Shown: positions 10,442 through 22,170 of the stretch, piece by piece
Layout: each line of letters starts with the position of its first letter
Position numbering within the stretch: position 1 is the first letter of the stretch
Program-made: the position numbers and the translations under genes
The notes under the pieces: generated by a model
What the model saw: the letters and a program-made list of their open reading frames with translations, nothing else
Databases searched by the model: none
Told to the model about the DNA's origin: nothing
Origin: Chiloscyllium plagiosum
Lineage: Eukaryota
DNA: 26,279 nucleotides
Assembly (NCBI RefSeq): GCF_004010195.1
Contig: NC_057718.1
Span: forward strand, 5,719,807-5,746,085
Direction: 5' to 3'

Positions 10442-10687
10442 GTACCTCTGTGGCCTTGCTTTCAACTCCTCTTGGTTTTCCCCATGCTCCTGCTGAGTCT
10501 CCAGACTCATACAACTAGTTCCATTTCCACAGCAGTCAGCTCAAAGAGTGCCAGTCTGCCAGGGTGACTGTTGGGCTATTTGACTTTGGGAGGAATCACA
10601 GGGAGGTCCGATCCTGGCTTCATACAGGAATCACTCCACTGGGATATTCCCCTGTTCATTTGGCTCCCTGTCCAGTGTTTTTGCCTC

Positions 10688-12025
10688 GTGTACAGCTGGT
10701 GACAAGTGGTGTTCCGCAAGGCTCAGTGTTGGGACCATAATGTTTCACTTTATACATTAACGATGTAGATGAAGGAACTGAGGCCATTCTTACTAAGTTT
10801 GCAGACGATACAAAGAATACTACCTGTACCTCTACAGGTAGTATTGAGGAGGTGGGGAGGCTGCAGAAGGATTTGCACGGGTTGGGAAAGTGGGCAAAGA
10901 AGTGACAGATGGCGTACAATGTGGGAAAGTGTGAGGTCACGCACTTTGGTCAGAAGAATAGAGGCATAGACTATTTTCTAAATGGGGAGAAAATTCAGAA
11001 GTGCAAAGAGACTTGGGAGTTCAAGTCCAGGTTTCTCTCAAGGTAAACTCGTAGGTGGTTTAGATTAGATTCCCTTCAGTGTGGAAACAGACCCTTCGGC
11101 CCACCAACCCTCCGAGAGTAACCCACCCAGACCCATTTCCCTACCATCTTTACCCCTGACTAATGCAACTAACATTATGGGAAATTTAGTATGGCCAATT
11201 CACCTACCTGCATATTTTTGGATCGTGGGAAGAAACCGGATGAAACCCACGCATACCCGGGGAGAATGTGCAAACTCCACACAGACAGTCGCCCAAAGTG
11301 GGAATCGAAACCGGGTCCCTGGCGCTGTGAGGCAGCAGTGCTAACCACTGAGCCATCGTGCCACCCATGAGTCAGTAGTTAGGAAGGCCAATGCAATGAT
11401 GGCATTTATTTCAAGAGGACTTGAAACTAAAAGCAGGGATGTGCTTCTGAGGCTCTATAAGGCTCTAGTCTGGCCACATTTGGAGTATTGTGTGCAGTTT
11501 TGGGTCCCATATCACTGGAAGGATGTACTGGCCCTGGAGCTTGTTCAGAGGAGATCCATAAGAATGGGCCCAGGAGTGAACAGCTTAATATATGAGGAAC
11601 GTTTGAGGACTCTGAGTCTGTACTCAATGGAGTTCAGAAGGATGAAGGGGGATCTAATTGAAACTTACAGAATACTGAATGGCCTGGACAGAGTGGATGT
11701 TGGGAAGATGTTTCTGTTGGTAGAAGAGACTGGGACCCAAGGGCACAGCTGTCGAATAAAGGGAAGACCATTTAGAACAGAGATAAGGAGAAACTTCTTC
11801 AGCCAGAGAGTGGTGAATCTATGGAATTCACTGACACAGAAGGCTGTGGAGGCCAGGTCATTGAGTATATTTAAGATGGAGATAGACAGGTTCTTGATTG
11901 TAAAGGGGATCAAGGGTTACGGGGAGAAAGCGGGAAAATGGGGTTGAGAAACTTATCAGCCATGATTGAATGGCAGAGCAGGCTCAATGGGGTGAATGGC
12001 CTGATTTCTGCTCCTATGTTTTATG
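10688..12025 (+). mobile_element. CR1 LINE 3' part (RT from [10 protein letters not shown] and FADDTK onward), interrupted by a SINE
   Basis: agtggtgttccgcaaggctcagtgttggga; tttgcagacgatacaaag; ORF 11396..11947. Confidence 0.9.
11058..11366 (-). mobile_element. HE1-type SINE nested in the CR1
   Basis: Colinear with 7770-8090; CR1 sequence resumes after it. Confidence 0.88.
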
Positions 12026-12199
12026 GATACAGCCTTTCCACATCTGCCCTGCAAAGTCCCCTCGTAATTGTGTATGTATTAATAAGGCTGCCTCTCATTC
12101 TTCTATACTTTGATGAGTGCAGGCCTGATCTACTCAAGCTCTCTTTGTAAGACAGTCCCTTTTATACCTGATATCAGCCGAGTGAACCTTCTCTGAACT

Positions 12200-12590
12200 T
12201 TTTTAAAAAATTATTTCATGAAACGAAGGCATCACTGGCTAGACCACAATTAAAAGTCAACCACATTTCTGCGAGAAACAGAAGTTGTTGGAAAAGCTCA
12301 GTACATCTGACAGCCCCTGTGGAGAGAAATCCGAGTTAACCCTTCCTCAGAACTAATTCACATTGCTGCGAGTCTGGAGTCATATGTAGGCCGGACCAGG
12401 TAAGGATGGCAGTTTCCTTCCCTGAAAGACATTAGTGAGCCAGGTGGGTTTTTACTGGATGCCTGGTCATCATTTGAACTCATAATTACAAATTTATATT
12501 GAATTCAAATTCCACCATCTGCCATGGTGGGATTCAAACACAGGTCCCTAGACCATTACCTGGGTCTCTGGATTAACAGTCTGATGACAA
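12200..12590 (-). mobile_element. SINE (same family as 3182-3568) interrupted by a PLE-derived piece at about 12275-12352
   Basis: aagtcaaccacatt ... cacattgctgcgagtctggagtcatatgtaggccggaccaggtaagg. The insert has ttggaaaagctcag...ctgtggagagaaatccgagttaacccttcctcagaac. Confidence 0.65.
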
Positions 12591-12923
12591 ACTTCCCAGT
12601 TCTTTCTCAGAGGGTTAGTCATCTGTGGAATCCTCTCCCTCAGCAAGTAGTGGAGGCTGGTCATTGAATTCATTCAAGGTTGAGTTGGGAGAGACCCTTG
12701 ATAGGCAAGAGTGTTAAGTGTTATAGGGCAGACAGGAAAGTTGGGTTAAAGAACACAGTCTGATCACCATGGTATTATTAAATGACAGAGCAGACTCAAA
12801 GGATTGAATAACCTGCAGATGCTGGAAATCAGAACAAGTTTTGAGTTTTTCCAGCAATTACTGTTTTTCTTACTGTATAGCTTGCTCCTACTCCTAAGAC
12901 CCATATTCCTATGACTACACAAC

Positions 12924-13017
12924 CAGTTCTGAAAAAGAGTCGCACTGGACTCGAGATATTAATTCTGTTTCTCTTTCCATTGATGCTGCCAGACCTGCTA
13001 TGTTTCTTTAACAATTT
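12924..13017 (+). mobile_element. PLE-derived element with a decayed hammerhead
   Basis: CTGAAAA-a-GAGTC-gcactg-GACTC-GAGA-tatt followed by gatgctgccagacctgct. Confidence 0.6.
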
Positions 13018-13336
13018 GGGGCAGCACAGTGGCTCAGTGGTTAGCACTGCTGCCTCACAGCACCAGGGTCCCAGGTTCAATTCCAGCCTCAGGTGACTGT
13101 CTGTGTGGAGTTTGCACATTCTCCCTGTGTCTGTGTGGGTTTCCTCTGGGTGCTCCGGTTTTCCCCCCACAGTCCAAAGATGTGTAGGCAAGGTGAACTG
13201 GCCATGCTAAATTGCCCATAGTGTTAGGTGTACTAGTCAGAGGGAAATGGGTCTGGGTGGGTTACTCTTCGGAGGGTCGGTGTGAACTGGTTGGGCCGAA
13301 GGGCCTGTTTCCACGCTGTAGGGAATCTAATCTAAT
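13018..13336 (+). mobile_element. HE1-type SINE, full length
   Basis: A box tggctcagtgg (13030), B box ggttcaattcc (13074), aatctaatctaa tail. Confidence 0.9.
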
Positions 13337-13954
13337 TTATTTCTTTGTTTTGTGGCATTAATGGCTTTCTCATTATCACCTTCTTTTGTCATTTAACCAG
13401 CATTATGGCAAACTGATCTGTTGTGTTTGCTCTTCTGGCTCTGAATTTCCTTAGACTATTCATCCCTGAAGCCTTCCAATTCCATTGAAAGGTCATTGAC
13501 TTGAAACATTAAGACTGTGTTTGCTGTCAGTCCTACTGAATTAGTGATGTTGACTGAGAGATAACTATTGGCAAAGTACTGATGTCACCTTCCTTATTCA
13601 AACTAAAACTGTAGAGTCATTCCCATGCTGGTAAGGTTCTGGGGACTGTTGCTGAACAAAGAGACCATAGACGGCACGTTCATAGTTTCTTGAAGGTGGA
13701 GTCGCAAGTAGATAGGATAGTGAAGAAGGCATTTGGTATGCTTGCCTTTATTGGTCACAGTGTTGAGTACAGGAATTGGAAGGTCATGTTGCGGCTGTAC
13801 AGGACATTGGTTAGGCCACTTTTGGAATACTGTGTTCAATTCTCGTCTCCCTCCTATAGGAAGGGTGTTGTGAAACTTGAGAGTTCAGAAAAGGTTTACA
13901 AAGATGTTGTCGGGTTTTAGGGTATGAGCTGTAGGGAGAGGCTGAATAAGCTGG

Positions 13955-14114
13955 AGACAGAAAAAACCTGCAAATGCTGAAATCCAAAGTATACAAACAG
14001 GAGGCTGGAAGAACACATCAAGCCAGGCAGCATTAGGAGTTGAAAAAGTCAATGTTTTGGGTATAATCCTTTTTCAGGACTGGACCAATCCTGAAGAAAG
14101 GTTATATCCAAAAT
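13955..14114. mobile_element. PLE-derived insertion with two opposed decayed hammerheads and a 14-bp degenerate TSD
   Basis: TSD gctgaataagctgg (13941-54) and gctgaatagactgg (14115-28). Cores: minus cctgaaaaaggattatacccaaaacattg; plus cctgaagaaaggttatatccaaaatg. Confidence 0.7.
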
Positions 14115-14172
14115 GCTGAATAGACTGGGGCTACTTTCCCTTGAGCGTCGGAGGCTGAAGGGAGACCTTATA

Positions 14173-15165
14173 GAGTCAGAGAGATGTACAGCACGGAAAC
14201 AGACCCTTCAGTCCAACCCGTCCATGCCGATCAGATATCCCAAACCAATCTAGTCCCGCCTGCCAGCACCCGGCCCATATCCCTCCAAACCCTTCGTATT
14301 CATATACCCAGCCAGATGCCTCTTAAATGTTGCAATTGTACCAGCCTCCACCACTTCCTCTGGCAGTACGTTCCATACACATACCACCCACTGTGTGAAA
14401 AAGTTGCCCCTTAGTTCTCTTTTACATCTTTCCCCTCTCACTCTAAACCTATGTTCTCTAGTTCTGGACTCCCCTACCCCAGGGAAAGGAACCCTATCCA
14501 TTTACCCTATCCATGCCCCTCATGATTTTATAAACCTCTATAAGGTCATCCCTCAGCCTCCGACACTCGAGGGAAAACAGACCCAGCCTATTCAACCTCT
14601 CCCTATAGATCAAATCCTCCAACCCTGACAGCATCCTTGTAAATCTTTTCTGAACCCTTTCAAGTTTCATAACATCCCTTCTAATAACAAGGACACCAGA
14701 ATTGCTCTCAATATTCCAACTGTGGCCCAACCAATGTCCTGTACAGCCGCAACATGTCCTTCCAACTCCTGTACTCAATACTCTGACCAATAAAGGAAAG
14801 CATACCGAACACCGCCTTCACTATCCTATCTATCTGTTGACGCTTTTTTCAAGGAGCTATGAACCTGCACTCCAAGGTCTCTTTGTTCAGCAACACTCCT
14901 AAGTACCTTACCATTAGGTGTACAAGTCCTGCTAAGATTTGCTTTCCCAAAATGCAGCACCTCACAGTTTTGGTATCATCTGTAAACTTACTAACTATAC
15001 CTCTAATGCTCACATCCAAATCATTTATATAAAAGACAAAAAGCAGTGGACCCAGCACCGAACCTTGTGGCACTTCACTGGTCACAGGCATCTAGTCTGA
15101 AACACAACCCTCCACCTCTGCCCTCTATCTTCTACCTTTTGAGCCAGCTCTGTATCCAAATGGCT
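14173..15165 (-). mobile_element. CR1 LINE 3' part, inserted antisense inside another CR1; internal deletion near 14965
   Basis: Minus ORFs 14250-15091 ([28 protein letters not shown]); tail at 14173. Confidence 0.92.
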
Positions 15166-15509
15166 ATAAAATCATGAGGGACATAGATAGGGTGAATTGC
15201 CAAGGTCTTTTCCCCAGGGTAGCCGAATCCAAAACTTGAGAGCATAGGTTTAAGGCAAGAGGAGAAAGCTTTAAAAAGGGACCTAAGGGGTAACCTTTTC
15301 ATGCAGAGGGTCGTGTGCATATGGAATGAGTTGCCAGAGGAAGTGGTGGAGGCTGGTACAATCACCATTTAAAGGGCATCCAGATGGATAAATGAATAGG
15401 AAGCATTTAGAGAGAAATGGGACTAGATTAATTTAGGATATCTGGTCGGCATGGACGAGTTGGTATCTTTCCAGGCTGTTTAGCTCTTTGACTCAATGAC
15501 ACTAGTAGG

Positions 15510-15820
15510 GAGGGGCAGATTGAGTACATTGGTTCAGTGGTTAGCATTGCTGTCTCTCAGTGCCTGGGTTCAATTCCAGCCTTGAGCAAATGTCTATGTG
15601 GAGTTTGCACATTGTCTCCACCTCTGTGTGGGTTTCCTCCAGGTGCTCTGGTTTCCTGCCACAGTCCAAAGTTGTGCAGGATATGTGGATTGGCCATGGG
15701 AAATGCAGAGTTACAGGGATGGGATAGGAGTATAGATCTGGATGGGATGCTCTTTGAAAGGTCGGTGCGGACTCGATCGGCTGAATGATCTACTTCAACC
15801 CTCGGGGATTCTATGGTCCT
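15510..15820 (+). mobile_element. Diverged HE1-type SINE
   Basis: tggttcagtggttagc ... gggttcaattccagcc ... tgtggagtttgcacatt. Confidence 0.8.
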
Positions 15821-15869
15821 CCCTTTAACATATTATTTGCAAGGAGAAAGGCCGCAGAAAGCTGTGGAG

Positions 15870-16562
15870 CAGAGGGATTTGTGAGTTCTCGTCCAAGAAC
15901 CATCAAAAGGCTAGTATTAAACTCAGTGGGTCATTATAAAACAAATGGAATGTTGAACTTTATTTCAAAGGAAATGGATCATAAAAATAAGGAGGTTTGT
16001 TATAACTACACAAGGCTTTAGCCAGATCATACCTGAAATACGATGAACAGTTTTGGGTCCCTTATCTGAGGAGAAATATACAGCATTGGAGGACGTCCAG
16101 GCCTTTTTCTGTTCTGTTGACCTCTGTAACTAATATTTAAGACGGTGATGAAGGTAAATTTATTCTGTCAAGGGGTATTGAATCTGTGGAATTCTTTACT
16201 ACAGAGAGCTGTTGAGGCTGGGACATGTTGAGGCTAAGGCTACTTAAAGCTGAGACAGACAGATTTTTAATTAGGAACGGAATTGAGGAAAATCTGAAAG
16301 AACTGTGGGTGCTGTAAATCAGAAACAGTCACAGAAATTGCTTTAAAAATGCAGCAGGTCTGGCAGCATCTGTGGAGATAAATCAGAGTTAACATTCTGG
16401 GTTGAGTGAGTCTTCTTCCAAACAGGGAACTGAGGGTTATTGGGATAAGGAAGAAAAATGGAATTGAGGATAAAGAGATTAGCCGTGATTTTATTGAATG
16501 GCAGAACCGACTCAATGGGCTGGATGGCCTCCATCTGCTCTTTTATTTTATGGTCTTATGAA
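15870..16562 (+). mobile_element. Old CR1 3' fragment with a nested PLE-derived element (16289-16425, minus)
   Basis: Remnant NGMLNFISKEMDHKNKEV and ttttatggtcttatg tail. The insert is flanked by ggaattgagg (16279) and ggaactgagg (16426). Confidence 0.7.
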
Positions 16563-17481
16563 AGATGATGTATTAGACAGTGCAGCCCTCACTCAGTGTT
16601 CCAGTGTGGGTGTCTGTGCTCAAGTCCTGAATTGGGAATTCCTAACCTTGTGACTTAGAGACGAACCACAGCTGATAATCTTGTTAAAGTATAAATATCT
16701 TTAAATCCCTTATCAAAGAGCCTTTTATAGTGATGCTGTGGAATTTAAGTAAGATTTCCAAATAAAAACTAACATAGACAATTTGCAGTTTTACTTACCC
16801 TATTGTAGAAATAGTATTAATGTAATCAGGCACTCCCAGGAGTTATCTGGGATGTGAGATTACAGTTCTGTCTGGAGCCCTGAGATACCAGGACTGTTTT
16901 CAGTTGAGCAGAAAAGGTTGTGAGGATATTGATTAGGTTGGAGTATCAAGAGATCTGAGTAAAGTGGAACTCAATCATGATCTGATTGAATGGCAGCATA
17001 GGTTGAAGGGGCTGAATGGCGTTTGTGTGTTCAACACTGGAGTAAGGTTCTAAAGCCTACTGAGTACCCTCAGTTAGTTTGCGATGAGATGTTTGCGTTG
17101 GTACATTTTGAAATAGAATGAGGCCATTCAGTGCCTCCAGTCTGTTTCGCCTCCATTCAATTAAATCATAGCCATTCTGCATCTTAACATCAACTATCCG
17201 TCTTAGTTTTGTATTCCCTGATCTCTCTGTTAACAAAATCTGTCACTTAATTGTGAAATGTTCGATTGACCCAGAACCTCAGTAGCGTCATGTAGGGAGA
17301 GAGTTCCAGATTTCCACTGAGCTGTGTGCGAGGAAGAAGCACTCTTGAGATCCTTCCTGAATGGCTTAGCTGCACATTAAAACTTGGGGCTCCTTTATTC
17401 TAGGCTCCCCAGGCAAATGGCATAAGTTCAGCCTGTCTTAAGTTACGAGTGATCTGCCAACTTCTCCAATTCTTTCTCCAG

Positions 17482-17712
17482 GTTGGGACCAAGGGAAGGT
17501 CGGAAAAAATCCGGACGTACAATTTCCCTCAAGATAGGATTACCGATCATCGGACTGGCAAGTCATTTCATGACTTGAGGACTTTCATGATGGGGGAGGA
17601 GCTCTTGGATGAGATGGTTGAAGATCTGAAGAGTCTGGCAGACAGTGAATCCCTTCTCGAGTTCCTGGAACAGAGTACATCGAGCCAGCAAAATGAGCAA
17701 AGACATCAGTGA
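17482..17712 (+). CDS. MTRF1L: MTRF1L terminal coding exon (probable exon 7), [24 protein letters not shown]...EQRHQ*
   Basis: Acceptor ttctttctccAG. [19 protein letters not shown] release-factor motif. TGA at 17710-17712. Confidence 0.96.
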   Translation, partial: VGTKGRSEKIRTYNFPQDRITDHRTGKSFHDLRTFMMGEELLDEMVEDLKSLADSESLLEFLEQSTSSQQNEQRHQ

Positions 17713-17869
17713 GGTGTCAGAACAGGCAATTTTTAAACTCTCAATGAAAAGGTACCCCTCACAGTTCGATCTAGGTCTGTACAGAGTTCCACTAACTTTT
17801 CCCTCAGCCATTTCTTTGTCACTTCAGGACGGGAGTATTTGGATGCTGTAATCGACAGCTTTCCATATT

Positions 17870-18030
17870 CAAGTCTGGAACTTCCCACCTAACAGCACTA
17901 CGGGTGTATATTCCCCATATGGACTTCAGTGGTTCAAGGAGGCACTTCATTACTATCAGCTAAATGAGCATAATGGATGGGCAATAAATCCAGCATTGTA
18001 ATCAACTCATGAACGTATAAATAAATATTT
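17870..18030 (+). mobile_element. LINE 3'-tail remnant within the putative MTRF1L 3' UTR
   Basis: cagtggttcaaggaggca...ggatgggcaataaat matches the tails at 5950-6040 and 19790-19850. Confidence 0.65.
17983..18025 (+). terminator. Candidate polyadenylation signals for MTRF1L (AATAAA at 17983-17988 and 18020-18025)
   Basis: First canonical hexamers after the stop codon, followed by a GT/T-rich stretch (gtgttgactattcttgtg). No transcript evidence. Confidence 0.5.
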
Positions 18031-18089
18031 GCCAGTGTTGACTATTCTTGTGATCTGGTGCCTGATCTCTAATTGACCACCTCCAGAAA

Positions 18090-18520
18090 CCTGTGCTCGG
18101 AATTCCTGCTGCCTGTGTCCAGTTATCATGCCTGTGTCACTGACTTATATTAGTTCCTGATCTGGGAACGCCTCATTTTTAAAGTTCCGATCCTTGTTGA
18201 CTCATCCCCTCCCTGTCTCTGTAATCTCTTTCATGAACTTCTGCAATCTCTGCATTCCTCCAATTCTAACCTCTATTTGCACCCCAGTTTTAATTGCTGC
18301 ACCATTGGCAATTGTACCTTCAGCTACCTGGGCCCAGAAGCTCTGAATTACCCTTCCTAAACATCATAACCTCCCTTTCCGTCTTTTATGGTGTTCCTTA
18401 AAACCTTTCTCTTTGATCCGGCTTCATATTTTTGTTTGGCTCCCATCAGTCTTTCCATAGTAACACTGATGAGTTGTTTTAGGATGCAGTCCTATGTTAA
18501 AGGCACTTATAAATGCAAGT
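18090..18520 (+). mobile_element. L2-like LINE 3' end
   Basis: ccttcagc...ctgggccc...ctctgaatt...ttaaaacc...ctctttga, ending gttaaaggcacttataaatgcaagtt. Confidence 0.6.
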
Positions 18521-18639
18521 TATTTTTGAGGATCTAAACAAGCTAGGAGTGAAAGAGCGCTTCCTATGGCTCCATTAGGGTACTGCAGCAGTTCAAACCA
18601 GAAAGTACCAGATTCCATTTCTGACAGATACTAAGATAA

Positions 18640-18740
18640 CAACAAAAAGAAATTGCTGAAGATGCTCAGTTGGTTTGGCAGCATCTGTGGAGACTGATCA
18701 CCGTTAATATTTTGCTTCCAGTGACCCTTCGTCAAAACAG
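18640..18740 (-). mobile_element. PLE-derived short element, decayed
   Basis: gaaattgctgaag...ggcagcatctgtggaga...gttaatatttt...gtgacccttcgtca. Confidence 0.6.
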
Positions 18741-18792
18741 ATTGTAGTGAGGAAAAGGCTGGTATAGATGCTGAAGATGAGGTGGGGGGAGG

Positions 18793-19225
18793 AGTCATAG
18801 AGTCATACAGCACGAAAGCAGACCCTTCGGTCCAACACATTCATACTGACCAAGTTTCTCAAAGTAAAGTAGCCCCACTTGCCTGCGTTTGGCCCGTATC
18901 CCTCCAAACCTTTCCTATTTCATGTACCTGTTCAAATGTCTTCTAAATACTGTAACTGTATCTGCATCTACCATTTCCTCTGGCAGTTCTTTCCACATAT
19001 GACCCACTCTCTGTGTGGAAAAAGTTGCCCCTCGGGTCACTTTTAAATCTTTCTTCCCTCACCTTAAAAATATGCCCCTTAGTTTTGAACTCACTCATTC
19101 TGAGGAAAAGACTCATGCTATTCACCTTATCTAAGTCCCTCGTGATTTTATAACCTTCAATCTAGTCTCCAGTGAAAAAAGTCCCAGCCTATCAAGTACT
19201 CCTTGTAATTAAAATCCTGCATTCC
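18793..19225 (-). mobile_element. CR1 3' fragment
   Basis: agtcatagagtcatacagcacg tail; minus ORF 18943..19125. Confidence 0.88.
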
Positions 19226-19659
19226 CAGGAGGTGGAGATGGAGCCCAGAGCGAGAGAACAGCAGTTGAGCAGAAAGAATGTATAATGCTCAGCCTGGGAG
19301 GATGAATAGCTAAAAATGGGTACCATTAGTATCTAATGATAGCTTCGTTGTGGTAGCAACCCAAGTAATGACTTGGCTGGTATGTGGGGTTGGGAGAAGA
19401 TGTTCAGGCTCGAAAACTACTGAACTCGTTATCGAGTTCTGAAGGCTACAGTGCCCTAACTGGAGAAATAAGAGTCTGTTCTTCCAACCTTTGCTGGAGG
19501 ACTGCAGCAAGTCTGAGACAGATATGTTGGCCAGGGAACATGGTGGTGTGTTCGAGTGGCAAGCAACAGGAAGCTCAGGGTTATTTTTGCAAATAGTTTT
19601 GGGATTATTTTTGATACTAAGGTTGCATTGGTCCAGGAACTAGAATGCCAGAGAATTGC

Positions 19660-19860
19660 TAATTTGGGGGAAAGAACTCATCTGGTTCACTAATGTGATT
19701 TACGGAAGGAAACTGCCATCCTTACCTGGTCTGGCCTATGTGTGATTCCAGACCCACAACAATGTGGTTGACTCCTGGTTGCCCTCTAGGAAATTAAAGA
19801 TGGGTAATAAATATTGGCCCAGCTAGTGAAACCCACATCCCATGAATGAATTTTTTAAAA
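19660..19860 (+). mobile_element. SINE 3' half (family of 3182-3568)
   Basis: ctggttcactaatg...ccttacctggtctggcctatgtgtgattccagaccc...cccacatcccatgaatgaa. Confidence 0.7.
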
Positions 19861-20417
19861 TGCTAGATTGATGTAAAGGAAGAGGGGAAATCACAGACCA
19901 CATCAAATAAACCAAATAGCTAATTCTCTTATGGGAATCCTGTGCACATTTTGGCAGCCACTTTCCATATATCACAACAACAATAACATGTAACAGTATT
20001 TCATTGGCTGCGTTATACCGAGTTGAGGAAAGGCACTGGACAAGTGCAAATTCTTCTTTTTATGACTACAACGAGAGAAACACAGAGATCTCAGACAATT
20101 ATAGGTTGGATGACATGACAGAGATGCAGAAAGATGAGGTCATGGAGAGAATTGAAAACAAAGTTAAGAATTTTGATTCTAACATCTGTTTTAATTTAGA
20201 ACAAGTGTAGATTATTGAGGGAAATTAATGAATAGAATCCAACAGGAGATGCATGGGAGAACCACATAATGCTCCAAATAAGTCACCATCCTGACCCGGA
20301 AATGTATTGCTGTTCCTTCACTGCTTCTGGGTTAAAATCCTGGAACACACTCCCTAACTATACTATTATTATCCATGGTAACAGACATGTGGATTTCAGC
20401 AGCAATGGAGTCAATTA

Positions 20418-20531
20418 GCCTTATGCCTGAAACGTCGATTCTCCTGCTCCTCAGATGCTGCTGACCTGATGTGCTTTTCCAGCGCCACACTTTTCGACTC
20501 GGATCGCCAGCGTCTGCAGTCCTCACTTTCT
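20418..20531 (+). mobile_element. PLE-derived short element, 5'-truncated within the hammerhead
   Basis: cttatgcctgaaacgtcgattctcctgctcc...ctgcagtcctcactttct, homologous to the 491-684 element. Confidence 0.75.
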
Positions 20532-20663
20532 TGCTGTCTCAGCGATGACATAGATATGTCACCAAGTGGTCAAGTGTGACACTAGGGTTGTGAACAGACT
20601 GATTATATTTCAGAAAAAAAAATCATAAAACTTAACACATTGAGTCATATTCTTTCACTTGTA

Positions 20664-21855
20664 CATAGAACATAGAACAATACAGCACAGACCAGGCCCT
20701 TCGGCCCACGATGTTGTGCTGAACATTTGTCCTAGCTTAAGCACCCATCCATGTACCTATCCAATTGCCACTTAAAGTTTGCCAATGATTCTGACTCTGC
20801 CACTCCCACAGGCAGCGCATTCCATACCCCCACCACTCTCTGGGTAAAGAACCCACCCCTGACATCTCCCCTATACCTTCCACCCTTCACCGTAAATTTA
20901 TGTCCCCTTGTAACACTCGGTTGTGCCCGGGGAAAAAGTTTCTGACTGTCTACTCTACCTATTCCTCTGATCATCTTATAAACCTCTATCAAGTCACCCC
21001 TCATCCTTCGCCGTTCCAACGAGAAAAGGCCGAGAACTCTCAACCTAGCCTCGTACGACTTCCTCTCNNNNNNNNNNNNNNNNNNNNNNNNNNNNNNNNN
21101 NNNNNNNNNNNNNNNNNNNNNNNNNNNNNNNNNNNNNNNNNNNNNNNNNNNNNNNNNNNNNNNNNNNNNNNNNNNNNNNNNNNNNNNNNNNNNNNNNNNN
21201 NNNNNNNNNNNNNNNNNNNNNNNNNNNNNNNNNNNNNNNNNNNNNNNNNNNNNNNNNNNNNNNNNNNNNNNNNNNNNNNNNNNNNNNNNNNNNNNNNNNN
21301 NNNNNNNNNNNNNNNNNNNNNNNNNNNNNNNNNNNNNNNNNNNNNNNNNNNNNNNNNNNNNNNNNNNNNNNNNNNNNNNNNNNNNNNNNNNNNNNNNNNN
21401 NNNNNNNNNNNNNNNNNNNNNNNNNNNNNNNNNNNNNNNNNNNNNNNNNNNNNNNNNNNNNNNNNNNNNNNNNCTCCTCACTATCCACAGCTCCACCAAT
21501 CTTCGTATCATCTGCAAATTTACTGACCCACCCTTTGACTCCCTCATCCAAGTCATTAAAATCCATGTATACTACATCCACTGCTCTACCCTCATCCACA
21601 TGCTTGGTCACCTCCTCAAAGAATTCAATAAGACTTGTAAGGCAAGACCTACCCTTCACAAATCCGTGCTGGCTGTCCCTAATCAAGCAGTGTCTTTCCA
21701 GATCTCATAAATCCTATCCCTCAGTACCCTTTCCATTACTTTGCCTACCACCGAAGTAAGACTAACTGGCGTGTAATTCCCAGGGTTATCCCAATCCCTT
21801 TTTTGAATAGGGGCACAACATTCGCCACTTTCCAATCCCCTGGTACCACCCCTGT
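20664..21855 (-). mobile_element. CR1 LINE fragment spanning the assembly gap, with internal deletions
   Basis: Minus ORFs with QHGFVKGRSCLT, FADDTKIGG and FFTQRVV; catagaacatagaa tail. Confidence 0.9.
21068..21473. other. Assembly gap (406 N)
   Basis: Run of N. Confidence 1.
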
Positions 21856-22170
21856 ATTTTTAAAGTTGTACATTTTATTTTTATTTCTGACAACAGGTCT
21901 GTTGGATACTCTTGTCATTTCAACAGATGAGTGCAGCAAAACAAATAGTCCAATCTACAGTCTTGACGGATGTTCTCTCATATGCAATATCTGATCAAGT
22001 CTTAATTTGTGTAACTGATTGATAATGTTAATGGGGTGGAGATTTGGCTTTTGGTACTCACTTGACCCGAAGGCAAGCTGTCCTGAAATGCTGAAATCAC
22101 CAGATTTCCCTGTTTAAGTCTGACCATGGCTGCTCCCCCCAGTTTGCAATTGGGGATCCAATTTGCAAGC

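Larger units (their letters stand above)
13628..15502 (+). mobile_element. CR1 3' fragment split by two nested insertions (pieces 13628-13954, 14115-14172, about 15165-15502)
   Basis: Pieces are colinear with 2245-2983; ...gaccttatagag | ...tataaaatcatgaggg rejoins across the inner element. Confidence 0.85.

Noticed and set aside
13018..13090. tRNA genes (also near 8020-8090, 11295-11366, 15530-15580)
   Set aside because: These are tRNA-derived SINE heads continuing into the SINE body and tail.
13480..13530. Additional hammerhead remnant (ttgaaaggtcattgacttgaaacattaa)
   Set aside because: Too short and decayed to call, although it resembles the family.
5740..17712. Bacterial prfA by horizontal transfer or contamination, or the paralogue MTRF1
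   Set aside because: The gene has spliceosomal introns full of vertebrate retroelements. The PKT motif lacks the MTRF1-type extended loop.
20004..20210. Acidic 68-aa ORF
   Set aside because: Non-ATG start inside a SINE tail, no recognisable family and no convincing splice context.
20732..21686. ORFs of 208-274 aa
   Set aside because: Artefacts of translating through the N gap inside a CR1.
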